Assembly (NCBI GenBank): GCA_965223855.1
Contig: CBDCXM010000008.1
Span: 512,001-576,000 of the forward strand
DNA: 64,000 nucleotides
DNA from: Candidatus Multivoradales bacterium
GTDB taxonomy: Bacteria > Acidobacteriota > Thermoanaerobaculia > Multivoradales > JAHEKO01
Direction: 5' to 3'
Shown here piece after piece: positions 36,461 through 46,299 of this stretch (positions are counted from its first letter, which is position 1; every line of letters begins with the position of its first letter). Made by a program: the position numbers and the translations under genes. The notes beneath the pieces were generated by a model, which did no database searches, had not been told where the DNA came from, and worked only from the letters and a program-made list of their open reading frames with translations.

Positions 36461-38047
36461 TCACCCGGTCTTCCTGAGCAACACCACCGTCTGGTCGTCG
36501 CCCTGGGGCCCGCCGGCGGCCCAGCGGGTGGCCGCCCCCTCGATCTCCGCCATCACGGCGGCGACCGGCTCGGCGGCATGCTCCTGCAGCAGCGAGACGA
36601 GCCGCTCGGGGCCGAACTCCTCCCCATCCGGGTCCTCGCACTCCGTGATGCCGTCGCTGAAGATGCAGACGAGGTCACCGGTCGCCAGATCGATCGACTC
36701 CGCCGTGTAGGTCGCGCCGGCGAAGAGGCCCAGCGGCATCCCTCCGGAGGGGAGTTCCTCCACGGTCCCGCCGGCCCTCACCACCAGCGGCGGGTTGTGG
36801 CCGGCGTTGACGTAGTCGAGCCGGGCACTCTCCGGATCGAGCCGGGCGGCGAACATGGTGATGAACTTGTTCGAGGCGCTCGAATCGACGACGTGGCGGT
36901 TGAGCCGCTCGACGACGCCGGCGTCGAACTCTCTGGCGTCGAGCAACAGCCGCAGCGCCGAGTGAAGGGTCGAGACGAGCAGCGCGGCCGGCATCCCCTT
37001 CCCCGAGACGTCGGCCAGCACGAGTTGCAGCGCGCCGTCGTCGGCCCTGGCGAGGTCGTAGAAGTCGCCCCCCACGTGTCTCGCCGGCAGGCTCCAGCCC
37101 GCCAGCTCGAAGCCGCCGACGCTCGGGAGCTGCTTCGGCAGCAGCCCGCGCTGAATGTCGGCCGCCAGGTCGAGCTCGCGCTCCAGACGCTCCTTCTCCA
37201 GCGCCGCGCGATGAAGGCGCGCGTTCTCGATCGCGATCGCAGCCTGGTTGGCAAACAGCCTCAGCGTCTGGGCGTCGGAGCCGGCGAACGGGCCGACTCC
37301 GGTGCGGCTCTCCTTGTCGGCCACCGCCAGCAGGCCGAGCGGCCGGCCGTCGGCCTCGATCGGCGCCCCGAGGGCGTGGACCGCACCGGGAAGGATCGGC
37401 GCACCCTTCTCTTCCTCCTCGTCGGCGAGGAGCGATTCGAGGGCGGCATCGTCCGCCGGCACGCGCCCACGCGCCTCGCCGCCGAAGGTGCGCTGCAGCC
37501 GGTACTCGCCTTCGTCGAAGAGGTAGAACGCTCCTACCCGGGCGTCGAGCAGCGAAATCGCGCGCAGCAGGATCTCGTCCCCCAGCACGTCGAGGTCGAG
37601 CGTCCCGGCGATCGCCAGGCCGACGTCGTAGAGCGACTGCAGCTCCACCCTGCCGAGATTGACGTTGAAGCTCTCGCGCTTGAGCGCGCCCGACAGCTCC
37701 GCCGCTTCAGCGGCGCACAGGAGCGCGAGGAGCGCCTGTGGATCGAGATCCGCGCCGTCCAGCTTCTGCGTCGAGACGAGCATCGACTCTCGTGATTCGA
37801 AGGCGACCTCGAGCTGCGGTTCGGACGGCGCGCCGGGATCGAGCCTCGGCGGGAACCCCTCACCGAGGGCGACGACCCGACGCCACCCACCCTCCCGCTC
37901 ACGGTAGAGGGCGATCGACTCGAAACCCGCCCCCGATGCGACCTCGGCGAGCAGCTTCTCCAGAAGGCGGTGAGGGTCGCGGCCGCGCGCGGCGAGATCG
38001 ACGAGGTCGCGCCAGACCTCGGATCGCTGCGCCGGCTGCACGCTCAC
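36461..38047 (-). CDS. GAF-domain PP2C/SpoIIE Ser/Thr phosphatase (RsbU-like)
   Basis: ELDLAADIQRGLLP, VGGDFYD, ADVSGKGMPAAL, NAGHNPP, SDGITE, DDQT. Confidence 0.92.
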   Translation of the reverse strand: MSVQPAQRSEVWRDLVDLAARGRDPHRLLEKLLAEVASGAGFESIALYREREGGWRRVVALGEGFPPRLDPGAPSEPQLEVAFESRESMLVSTQKLDGADLDPQALLALLCAAEAAELSGALKRESFNVNLGRVELQSLYDVGLAIAGTLDLDVLGDEILLRAISLLDARVGAFYLFDEGEYRLQRTFGGEARGRVPADDAALESLLADEEEEKGAPILPGAVHALGAPIEADGRPLGLLAVADKESRTGVGPFAGSDAQTLRLFANQAAIAIENARLHRAALEKERLERELDLAADIQRGLLPKQLPSVGGFELAGWSLPARHVGGDFYDLARADDGALQLVLADVSGKGMPAALLVSTLHSALRLLLDAREFDAGVVERLNRHVVDSSASNKFITMFAARLDPESARLDYVNAGHNPPLVVRAGGTVEELPSGGMPLGLFAGATYTAESIDLATGDLVCIFSDGITECEDPDGEEFGPERLVSLLQEHAAEPVAAVMAEIEGAATRWAAGGPQGDDQTVVLLRKTG

Positions 38048-38394
38048 GCCCCCAGGGCGGCGACGGCGGCGTCTTCGTCGGCGTAGATCTTGGCGTACTG
38101 CGCGAGACCCATGATGTGGAAGGTCTTCTCGATCGTCGCCGTCAGCGAGCAGAAGGCGAGCTCACCTTCGACCTCGATCATCTTCTCGATGATCTCGATG
38201 AGGATCGAGATGCCGATCGAGTTCACGATCTTGGTCCCGGCGAGATTCAGCAGCACCCGCTTCTGCCCCTCGTCGATGAGCCGATAAGCAACCTTCGCGA
38301 TCTCTTCTCCCCCCTGGTTGTTGATGTACCCCTCGGTGTACACCACCGCCAGTTCGCCTCGGTTGTCCAGCGTCACTTTCAGCATGTCGGCCAT
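38044..38394 (-). CDS. STAS domain anti-sigma factor antagonist (RsbV-like)
   Basis: GYIN, VLLNLAGTKIVNSIGISIL with the phosphorylatable Ser, FHIMGL; start MADML. Confidence 0.88.
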   Translation of the reverse strand: MADMLKVTLDNRGELAVVYTEGYINNQGGEEIAKVAYRLIDEGQKRVLLNLAGTKIVNSIGISILIEIIEKMIEVEGELAFCSLTATIEKTFHIMGLAQYAKIYADEDAAVAALGA

Positions 38395-38396
38395 CT

Positions 38397-38849
38397 TCAG
38401 TCCCCGCGTTCTCCGCGATACTTGCTCATCGTCACGATCGTTCCGTTGTCGCTCGACTCGATCTCGACCTCGTCCATCAGGCTGTGGATGATCTTGAGCC
38501 CCCAGCCCCGCTTGTTGGCGGCACCGAGCTTGTCTTCGATCCTCGGCTCTTCCACCTCGGCGGGCACGAAACCGACCCCTCGATCCTCGATCCGGATCTG
38601 GAGCTTCTCCGGCTCCTCTGCCCCGAGTACGGAGAAGGTGAGCAGCACCTTCCCTTCCCTGGCCCGGCTGTGCTCGAAGGCGTTGATGCAAGCCTCCACC
38701 ACCGCCATCCGGACCTCGTCGATCGAGTCGGAGCTCATCTCCATGAACTCCGCCAGTGCGGTCACGGTCTTACTGGCCGCGATCTCCATGTCCGGCAACA
38801 TGGGAAGCGACAACGTCACCTCCCGGAGGGGGGTAGTGGCTACCATCAC
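38397..38849 (-). CDS. Anti-sigma factor / Ser kinase (RsbW-like HATPase)
   Basis: AVVEACINAFEH, IEDRGVGF, RGWGLKIIHSLMDEV, GTIVTMSK. Confidence 0.92.
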   Translation of the reverse strand: MMVATTPLREVTLSLPMLPDMEIAASKTVTALAEFMEMSSDSIDEVRMAVVEACINAFEHSRAREGKVLLTFSVLGAEEPEKLQIRIEDRGVGFVPAEVEEPRIEDKLGAANKRGWGLKIIHSLMDEVEIESSDNGTIVTMSKYRGERGD

Positions 38850-38889
38850 CCGTCAGGCCTCTCTACGACGCGGCACTCTACACGACGGA

Positions 38890-39045
38890 TCAGAACGAAA
38901 GAAAGAGCTGCAGGCAATAGACGGCCAGCGGCGCGATGGCATCCTCGAGCAGCAGCCAGGTGAAGGCGGCAAAGGTCGAGGCGGGAACCACCCAGCGATG
39001 TGTGGCGACGGGAACTGCGGTAGCTCGGCGAATCGCGGTCAGCAT
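38890..39045 (-). CDS. Putative 51-aa hydrophobic small protein
   Basis: RBS GGAGGAG 5 nt before the ATG, directly downstream of a sigma54 promoter; MLTAIRRATAVPVATHRWVVPASTFAAFTWLLLEDAIAPLAVYCLQLFLSF. Confidence 0.65.
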   Translation of the reverse strand: MLTAIRRATAVPVATHRWVVPASTFAAFTWLLLEDAIAPLAVYCLQLFLSF

Positions 39046-39070
39046 GAGATCTCCTCCAGCCTCCGATAGG

Positions 39071-39086
39071 AGCAAGGAGGCTGCCA
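39071..39086 (-). promoter_or_regulatory. Sigma54 (-24/-12) promoter
   Basis: TGGCAGCCTCCTTGCT matches TGGCAC-N5-TTGC(A/T) with exact GG-N10-GC spacing. Confidence 0.75.
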
Positions 39087-39186
39087 GCCTCGCCCTACGG
39101 ACAGCTCGAAGAGCGTAAAGCCCTTTCGTCAAGGAACTTACGCGACCCATCCATCGCGCCGCAGGACAGTCCGAGGCTCGACGAAC

Positions 39187-39304
39187 GCGGCAATCTGTCG
39201 CACCCCGCGAACTACCGAGCCGAGCCTGCACACCGGCGATGCCCAAGGCGCCGCGGCCCCGGCGGCTTTCGCGACATTCTGCCGCACGCGCGGCAAAAAG
39301 TCGC
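39187..39304. promoter_or_regulatory. Three imperfect palindromes GCGRCA-N3-WGYCGC, candidate enhancer (UAS) sites
   Basis: GCGGCAATCTGTCGC 39187-39201, GCGACATTCTGCCGC 39271-39285, GCGGCAAAAAGTCGC 39290-39304; 100-220 bp upstream of the -24 box. Confidence 0.65.
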
Positions 39305-39310
39305 CAACCC

Positions 39311-40807
39311 TCAGAATCCTCGGCGCTGCAGGGTCCGGCGGTCGATCCCCAGGAGCTCGGCCGCTCGCGTCTTGTTGCCGCCGGTCAGCCGCAGGACCTT
39401 CGCGATGTGCCGCCGCTCGGTCGCCTCCAGGTCGAGCGCCTCGGGGCCACCGCGGGAGTCGTCTTCCGACGTGCCGAGGAGGGATCGCAGCAGCTCGCCG
39501 TCGACCTCGTTCTCTGCCAGGGAGAGGGCGGCATCGACGACGTTCTGCAGTTCGCGCACGTTGCCGGGGAAGTCGTGCGACATCAGCATAGCCAGTGCGG
39601 AACTCGAGAACCTCCGCGGGGGCACCGCCTCGCGGGCGGCGAAGTCGTCGGCGAAGCGCCGCACCAGATGCGGGATGTCCTCGCGCCTCTCCCTCAAAGG
39701 CGGCAGCTCGATCTCGACCCCCTTCAGCCGGTAGTAGAGGTCCTCACGGAAGCCGCCTTCGGTGACCAGCGAATCGAGGTCGCGATGGGTAGCGGCGACG
39801 AGTCGGACGTCGATCGAGACGGTGCGCTGACCGCCGACGCGCACGATCTCGCGCTCCTGCAACGCTCGCAACAGCTTGACCTGAACCGCAGCGTCGAGGT
39901 CGCCGATCTCGTCGAGGAAGAGAGTGCCGCCGTTGGCGAGCTCGAACTTGCCGCGCCGCGCCTCGACCCCCGTCGCCACTCCCTTCTCGATGCCGAAAAG
40001 CTCACTCTCGAGCAGGCTTTCCGGCAGGGCGGCGCAGTTGACCGCCACCAGCGGCCCCTCGCGCCCGGAAAGCAGATGCAGCAGCTTCGCGACCAACTCC
40101 TTGCCGGTCCCGCTCTCGCCGCGCACCACGACGCTGACGCCACGCGGTGCCACCCGCTCGACCCGCTCGAGGACGCGCTGCATCGCTTCGGTGTTGGCGA
40201 CGATGCCGTGGTCGCCGAGGCGGCGCGAATAGTGATCCTTGAGCGCCCGGTTCTCCTCCTGCAGCTGCTGGCGCTCGACCTCGAGGTCCTGCACCTGGCG
40301 CGCGCTGTCGACCGCCACGCCGGCGAGCGCCGCGACCGAGTCGAGGAACCTCCGATCGCCGTCGGTGAACCCGGCGACGTCGTCTCCGCGCACCTCCTTG
40401 TCGAACACAGCAAGGTAGCCGAGGAACATCCCGCGGCCCGAGAACGGCGCCGCCACCAGCTCGCGGTATTCACGGCCGGAGAACTCGCCGTCGCGCCGCG
40501 CCAGCGCCTCACCGGCGGCGAGGAGCTCGCGCCACAAAGGCTCCTTGAGCAGTCCGTCGCCGTCGGGTCCGACACCACCCGGGTCGGAAGCGGGCCAACC
40601 GACGGTCGCCATCGCCCGGGCGCCGCCGAAGGCGTCGCGCGTCACCGCGATCGCCGCCGCCGGATCGAGTACGGCACACACCCGCTGCAGGAGCTCGTCG
40701 ACCAGTTCCTGTTCGGGCCGATGGGCGTGCAGTGAGACGGCGAGGTCGTAGAGCGTCTCGAGCTGCAGCAACCGGCGCTTTTCGCCGAAGCTGCGGGGCG
40801 AACTCAT
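39311..40807 (-). CDS. Sigma54-dependent enhancer-binding protein (GAF + AAA+ + Fis HTH)
   Basis: GESGTGKE, NCAALPESLLESELFG, GVATGV loop, LFLDEIG, FREDLYYRL, FPGNVREL, GNKTRAAELLGI. Confidence 0.93.
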   Translation of the reverse strand: MSSPRSFGEKRRLLQLETLYDLAVSLHAHRPEQELVDELLQRVCAVLDPAAAIAVTRDAFGGARAMATVGWPASDPGGVGPDGDGLLKEPLWRELLAAGEALARRDGEFSGREYRELVAAPFSGRGMFLGYLAVFDKEVRGDDVAGFTDGDRRFLDSVAALAGVAVDSARQVQDLEVERQQLQEENRALKDHYSRRLGDHGIVANTEAMQRVLERVERVAPRGVSVVVRGESGTGKELVAKLLHLLSGREGPLVAVNCAALPESLLESELFGIEKGVATGVEARRGKFELANGGTLFLDEIGDLDAAVQVKLLRALQEREIVRVGGQRTVSIDVRLVAATHRDLDSLVTEGGFREDLYYRLKGVEIELPPLRERREDIPHLVRRFADDFAAREAVPPRRFSSSALAMLMSHDFPGNVRELQNVVDAALSLAENEVDGELLRSLLGTSEDDSRGGPEALDLEATERRHIAKVLRLTGGNKTRAAELLGIDRRTLQRRGF

Positions 40808-40816
40808 CCGCCGATT

Positions 40817-43636
40817 CTACGCCGTCGCCGCCAGGACCCTGCGCAGAAACTGCCCGGTGTAGCTCCCCTCGGTGTCGGCGACCGTCTCCGGAGGCCCCGC
40901 GGCGACGAGCCTGCCCCCCTCCGCCCCACCTTCCGGGCCGAGGTCGAGAATCCAGTCGGCGGTCTTGATCACCTCGAGGTTGTGCTCGATGACGACGACC
41001 GTGTTGCCCTTGTCGACGAGACCATGAAGAATGTTGAGCAGCTTGCCGACATCCTCGAAGTGGAGCCCCGTTGTCGGCTCGTCGAGCAGATAGAGCGTCT
41101 GCCCCGTCGAGCGCTTGCACAGCTCTCGCGCCAGCTTCACCCGCTGCGCCTCACCACCCGAAAGGGTCGTCGCCGGCTGGCCCAGTTCGATGTAGCCGAG
41201 CCCGACGTCGAGCAGCGTCTGGAGGATCCTCCGGATCGGCGGGATGTTGGCGAACACCTCGCACGCCTCCTCGACCGACAGGCCGAGGATCTGTGAGATG
41301 TCGAGGCCGCGGTACTTCACCGCCAGTGTCTCGCGCTCGTAGCGCTTGCCGCCGCACACCTCGCACGTCACGTAGATGTCGGGCAGGAAGTGCATCTCGA
41401 TCTTGATCTGCCCGTCGCCCTTGCACGCCTCGCAGCGGCCGCCGGCGACGTTGAAACTGAAGCGCCCCGGCTTGTAGCCGCGCGCACGTGCCTCCGGGGT
41501 CTTCGACATCAGCTCGCGGATGTGGTTGAAGACGTTCGTGTAGGTCGCCGGGTTGGAGCGCGGCGTGCGACCGATCGGGCTCTGGTCGATCGCGATCACC
41601 TTGTCGAGATGCTCGAGGCCGTCGATCGAGGCATGGGCACCGGGATTGTCGGCAGCGCGGTAGAAGTGGCGCGCCAGCGCCTTGTAGAGGATGTCGTTGA
41701 CGAGGCTGCTCTTGCCGGAGCCGGAAACGCCGGTGACGACGACCATCAGCCCCAGCGGCAGCTCGACGTCGACCTCCTTGAGGTTGTTGTGGCGTGCCCC
41801 CTGGATGCGCAGGCGCTCCTCGCCCGCAGGTCGCCTCTCGTCGGGCCCGGTGACTTCCTTGTCGCCGCGCAGGTAGCGCCCCGTCAGCGAGTCGGGATCG
41901 GCGACCAGGTCGTCCGGCGTCCCCTCCGACACCACCTCGCCGCCATGCACCCCGGCACCCGGACCGAGATCGAGCACCCAGTCGGCGGCGCGGATCGTGT
42001 CCTCGTCGTGCTCGACCACCAGAACGGAGTTGCCGAGGTCGCGCATCCCCTTCAAAGTCCCCAGCAGCCGCTCGTTGTCGCGCTGGTGGAGGCCGATCGA
42101 CGGCTCGTCGAGGACGTAGAGCACTCCCATCAGCTTCGAGCCAACCTGAGTGGCGAGGCGAATGCGCTGACTCTCGCCCCCCGAAAGGGTGGCCGACGAA
42201 CGGCCGAGATTGAGGTAGCCGACGCCGACCGCATCGAGGAATCCGAGCCGGTCGCGGATCTCCTGCACCACCTTGCCGGCGATCGCCTTCTGCCGGCCGT
42301 CGAGGTCGATCGCCTCGAAGAAGCTGCGCAGCTCGGAGATCGTCGTCGTCGACAGCTCGTCGATCGTCGAGCCGGCCACGGTCACCGCCAGCGCCTCGGG
42401 CCGCAGCCGGCGCCCTCCACACGCATCGCACGGGCGAATCGCCATGTACTTCTCGATCTCGGTGCGGACGCGACTCGAGTCGGTCTCCTTGTAGCGGCGC
42501 TCCATCCGCGGAATCACGCCCTCGTATTCACCCCGCCACTTGTAGCTCGACTTCTTCCCCTTGAGCTCGAAGTCGAGCTCCTTGTCGGTGCCGTGGAGCA
42601 GCAGCTCGCGCACGCTCGGCGGCAGCTCCTGCCAGGGGGTCTCGAGCGAGAAGCCGAACTCCTCGCCGAGCGTCTCGACCATCTGCCGGGTCCAGGATCT
42701 GGGGCCGTTCTTCCATGGCGCCACCGCGCCCGCCTCGATCGAGCGCTCCGGGTCGACGACGATCCGCTCCGGATCGAGCGCCCGCAGGGTGCCGAGGCCC
42801 GAACACTCCGGGCAGGCGCCGTACGGAGAGTTGAAGGAGAAGAGGCGCGGCGTCACCTCGGCGAGATTGGCGCCGCAGTTGACACAGGCGTAGTGGCTCG
42901 AAAGCGTCTCCTCCGACATCTTCGCCGGCGCCAGCACCACGAGCCCGTCGCCCACCTTGAGCGCCGTCTCGATCGAGTCTGTGAGGCGCTGGTCGATGCC
43001 GGGTTTGACGACCAGTCGATCGACGACGATGTCGATGTCGTGCTTCTTCTGCTTGTCGAGCTCCGGGATCCCCTCCGAGAGGTTCACCGTCTCGCCGTCG
43101 ATGCGAGCGCGGATGAACCCCTCGCGCGTCATCTGCCCGAGTTGGGTCTTGTACTCCCCCTTCTTGCCGCGCACGTAGGGGGCGTAGAGCACCAGCCGGG
43201 TGCCCTCCGGCAGGGTCAGCACCCGATCGACCATCTGCTGCACCGTCTGCGGCCGCACCTCGCTGCCGCAGTTGGGGCAGTGCGGCTCTCCGACCGACGA
43301 GAAGAGGAGCCGCAGGTAGTCGTGAATCTCCGTCACCGTGCCGACGGTAGAACGGGGGTTCTTCGACACCGACTTCTGCTCGATCGAGATCGCCGGCGAC
43401 AGCCCCTCGATCGAATCGACGTCCGGCTTCTCCATCTGCTCGAGGAACTGTCGCGCGTACGCCGACAACGACTCGACGTAGCGCCGCTGCCCCTCGGCAT
43501 AGAGCGTGTCGAAGGCGAGGGACGATTTCCCCGAGCCGGAGACCCCCGTCACCACCACCAGGCGGTTGCGGGGGATCTCGACCGTGACGTTCTTGAGGTT
43601 GTGTTCGCGCGCTCCGCGAACGACGATCGAATCCAT
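40817..43636 (-). CDS. uvrA: Excinuclease ABC subunit A
   Basis: GAREHNLKN, two GVSGSGKSS Walker A motifs, zinc fingers, two LSGGE signatures. Confidence 0.98.
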   Translation of the reverse strand: MDSIVVRGAREHNLKNVTVEIPRNRLVVVTGVSGSGKSSLAFDTLYAEGQRRYVESLSAYARQFLEQMEKPDVDSIEGLSPAISIEQKSVSKNPRSTVGTVTEIHDYLRLLFSSVGEPHCPNCGSEVRPQTVQQMVDRVLTLPEGTRLVLYAPYVRGKKGEYKTQLGQMTREGFIRARIDGETVNLSEGIPELDKQKKHDIDIVVDRLVVKPGIDQRLTDSIETALKVGDGLVVLAPAKMSEETLSSHYACVNCGANLAEVTPRLFSFNSPYGACPECSGLGTLRALDPERIVVDPERSIEAGAVAPWKNGPRSWTRQMVETLGEEFGFSLETPWQELPPSVRELLLHGTDKELDFELKGKKSSYKWRGEYEGVIPRMERRYKETDSSRVRTEIEKYMAIRPCDACGGRRLRPEALAVTVAGSTIDELSTTTISELRSFFEAIDLDGRQKAIAGKVVQEIRDRLGFLDAVGVGYLNLGRSSATLSGGESQRIRLATQVGSKLMGVLYVLDEPSIGLHQRDNERLLGTLKGMRDLGNSVLVVEHDEDTIRAADWVLDLGPGAGVHGGEVVSEGTPDDLVADPDSLTGRYLRGDKEVTGPDERRPAGEERLRIQGARHNNLKEVDVELPLGLMVVVTGVSGSGKSSLVNDILYKALARHFYRAADNPGAHASIDGLEHLDKVIAIDQSPIGRTPRSNPATYTNVFNHIRELMSKTPEARARGYKPGRFSFNVAGGRCEACKGDGQIKIEMHFLPDIYVTCEVCGGKRYERETLAVKYRGLDISQILGLSVEEACEVFANIPPIRRILQTLLDVGLGYIELGQPATTLSGGEAQRVKLARELCKRSTGQTLYLLDEPTTGLHFEDVGKLLNILHGLVDKGNTVVVIEHNLEVIKTADWILDLGPEGGAEGGRLVAAGPPETVADTEGSYTGQFLRRVLAATA

Positions 43637-43773
43637 AGACCGGTCAGTGTACGTGAGCTGTCAAGAGACGGATCGGCGGTCGCGAGGAGCGCCGACCCAG
43701 GTCGCGCGCAAGGCTCACGGTCGACCCACCACCGGCCCGTCGAGCCTCCGGAAAACCCGGCTGTTGAGGGGCG

Positions 43774-46150
43774 TCAGGGAACGACCGACGTCCAGGCCGT
43801 CGTGTCGCCCGACTCGAAACCGTCGGAGAAGAACGGCGCATAGGGCAGGGTGAAGTCGATCCCTTCGATCACCGCCGGCTCCGTCACCACGATCGGCGTC
43901 CCCGACAGCGGGTCGCAAGTCGCATCAGGGCAGGGGATCTCCTCGAAGAGCTCCGTCTTGTAGGAGCTGTAGGGCTGCCAGGCGTAGGCCCACGCGAAGT
44001 AGGTTCCCGGAATCAGCCCCGTCCGCGGTCTCGTACGTGCCGTCGAGCGCCAGGTACCCAGATCGAGTACTCGCGCTCCTGCCCAGTCGATAGACATACA
44101 CCGTTCACACGATCGTCCGCGGGAAGCGGTGTCGCCTCTTCCTCGAGGACCGTGCCCGCCAGACCGTCGCACCTGGATCGAGAGTGAAGTCGATACCGGT
44201 CGTCGTCGAACTCGAGAAGGACGTGGACCGGGAACCCGCCGAGGGGGTCGCAGAGCATGCCCGGGCAGGGGCGTTCGGCGTAGAGCTCCTCTACCCAGGC
44301 ACCACTACCGGTCGGTGCGAACGTAGTAGTCGCCGTTCACCAGCCCCTGAGGCGTCACGTACTCGCCCTCATCGTCGGTCCAGGTACCGCCAACGAGGGT
44401 ACCGTCGTCGGAGTAGACATAGACCCGCGTGGCGATCGATGTCCCGCTGCCGGCCGCCGTCACCCTACCGCCCACCTTGCCGCCCGGCGTGACTCCGAAG
44501 TCGATGCCGCCGGTCGTTGCCCCTTTCTCGACCGTGACGGGCGTGCCTGCCGTCGGGTCGCAGATACCTGACATGCAGCTGCGGTTCTCGAAGAGCTCAC
44601 CCACGTATGCCGGAGCGACGAACGTCACGAAGTAGTCGCCGTCCATGAGTCCGGTTCCCGTGACGTAGTCGCCGTCATCGACGAACGCCCAGGTCCGAGG
44701 GTTGCCGGCAAGGTCGAACACCTCGACGAACCCGCTCTTCAGCCCCGCCAGGGTCGACTCATCGAACGCGGCGCCGCTGATCCTACCGCCCGACCGGAGC
44801 GAGAAATCGACGTGGTAGGCCTCTTCCGCCGTCACAACCAGAGGAACGCCTTCGTCCACATCTCTGCAGAAGCCGTTGCACTCCCTTCCGTCGTGAACCT
44901 GATTGATGAGGCCGTCGACGTTGGTGGTGTAAATGTAGTAACGGCCCGGATAGATACCGTCGACCTCGAACTCTCCGAACTCGTCGGTACTGGAAGGAGC
45001 GGCCGCTGTATTCGTTCGAAGTAGCTGACCTGGATCATCGGGAATCGGGCTCCCCGGTGTCGGCACGCGTTCGTCACCGTGCCAGTGAGAAGCTCCCACC
45101 CTTCGACAAGCGCAGAAGTCGATTCCCGGAAACAGTCCCGCTGCCCGGACGAAGTGATCGCGCTCCCTCTCAGCGGATTGCACTCGGAGTTCGAACAGGC
45201 GACCGAGTCGAACCCCTGCTTCAAGTAGCGCCCGTAAGCGTATCGAAGAGCCTCTGCATAGTAGTCGCCAGGCTACCAGGCCGGTCCTCGACAGCCACGC
45301 TCCCGAACGGGTCCGAGCGAGTCGAGTCGTAGCGCCTGCCCCAGCTGTCATAGAGGACCACCACTCCCGAATCGACCGGCAATCCGGTACCGCGCTCGAG
45401 GACCACCCCTGCCAGCCGCCCACCTTCGGACATCAGAAAATCGACTCCGGTCGTGACCTTGCCCGGCGTCACAGGAACCGGAGTCCCCCCTGTGACGTCG
45501 CATACCCCTGCTCCGCACTCGATCTGCGAGTACAAGAGCTCCACATAGCCGAGTTCGTTCCGGGTAACGACGTAGTGATCCCCGGGAGGAAGCGACTCGA
45601 AGACATATTCGCCGGCCGAATCGGTGTAGCGGGAGCCGACGAGCCGTGCGTCCTGATCGTAGACCCGCACTATCACGCGATCGAGCGGAGTGCCGCCTAG
45701 GTTGGTGACACGACCGCTGATCGATCCACTGCCGGCGACGACGGGTTCCTCCGCATCGACACCTCCCCCGGAAGACGACCGCCAGCGATCCTCGATCGCC
45801 GCCAGCCTCTGCTCGAAACGCAGCCTCTCCGACGAGGGCGCTCGGGCGGCGAGCAGGTGCGCCCGCGCGAGCATCTGTTCGAGAAGATCGGCCGACGGCC
45901 CAACGTTCGGTGAAGTCGCCCGACCGTCGGTGGATTCGTCGAGGAGGCGTTCGAGCATGTCGAGTTCCGCCTCGAGACGCCTCTGCATCTGCCCTTGCGA
46001 AGAAGGGCCGGGCTCGGCATGCGCCGATCCTGATGAGCCGACGATTGCCAGCACCAGAAACGCCCACCCGAGGATCGGCCGCGCCCAGCGGAGGCTCCCG
46101 GCCCTCGAACGGGAAACGGCAGCGCGTACCACGCCCGCCGGCGGAGACAT
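43774..46150 (-). pseudogene. Frameshifted exported protein with about 6 carboxypeptidase-regulatory-like (CnaB/Ig-type) repeats and C-terminal [14 protein letters not shown] tail
   Basis: Repeat G.ISG.V...ELY....C....CDP..G.P..V......GIDF.L is spread over ORFs 45221-46150, 44832-45224, 44305-45423, 44013-44258 and 43774-44172 in different frames. Confidence 0.75.
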
Positions 46151-46299
46151 CAGAGTGGACCTCTGAAAGCCAGTCTTCCCGACGTTGCGATCATGTCCTC
46201 ACACGTCGATTCCCGTAGGTCGATTCCTCCGGCACCTGGCGGCCGGCGAGTCGTCAGAGTCCCCGCAGCGTCCGCACAAGCCGAAGCGGTCAGGCCGCC

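Noticed and set aside
39127-39140. IHF site between the UAS and the sigma54 promoter
   Set aside because: TAA-N5-TTGA is one base off the YAA-N4-TTGAT consensus; too weak to call
39293-39306. Second sigma54 promoter TGGCGACTTTTTGC
   Set aside because: GG-GC spacing is one base short; better explained as one of the UAS-like palindromes
43774-46150. Selenocysteine readthrough or programmed frameshifting explaining the broken gene
   Set aside because: The breaks are multiple frame changes, not in-frame UGA codons, and no consistent slippery sites were seen
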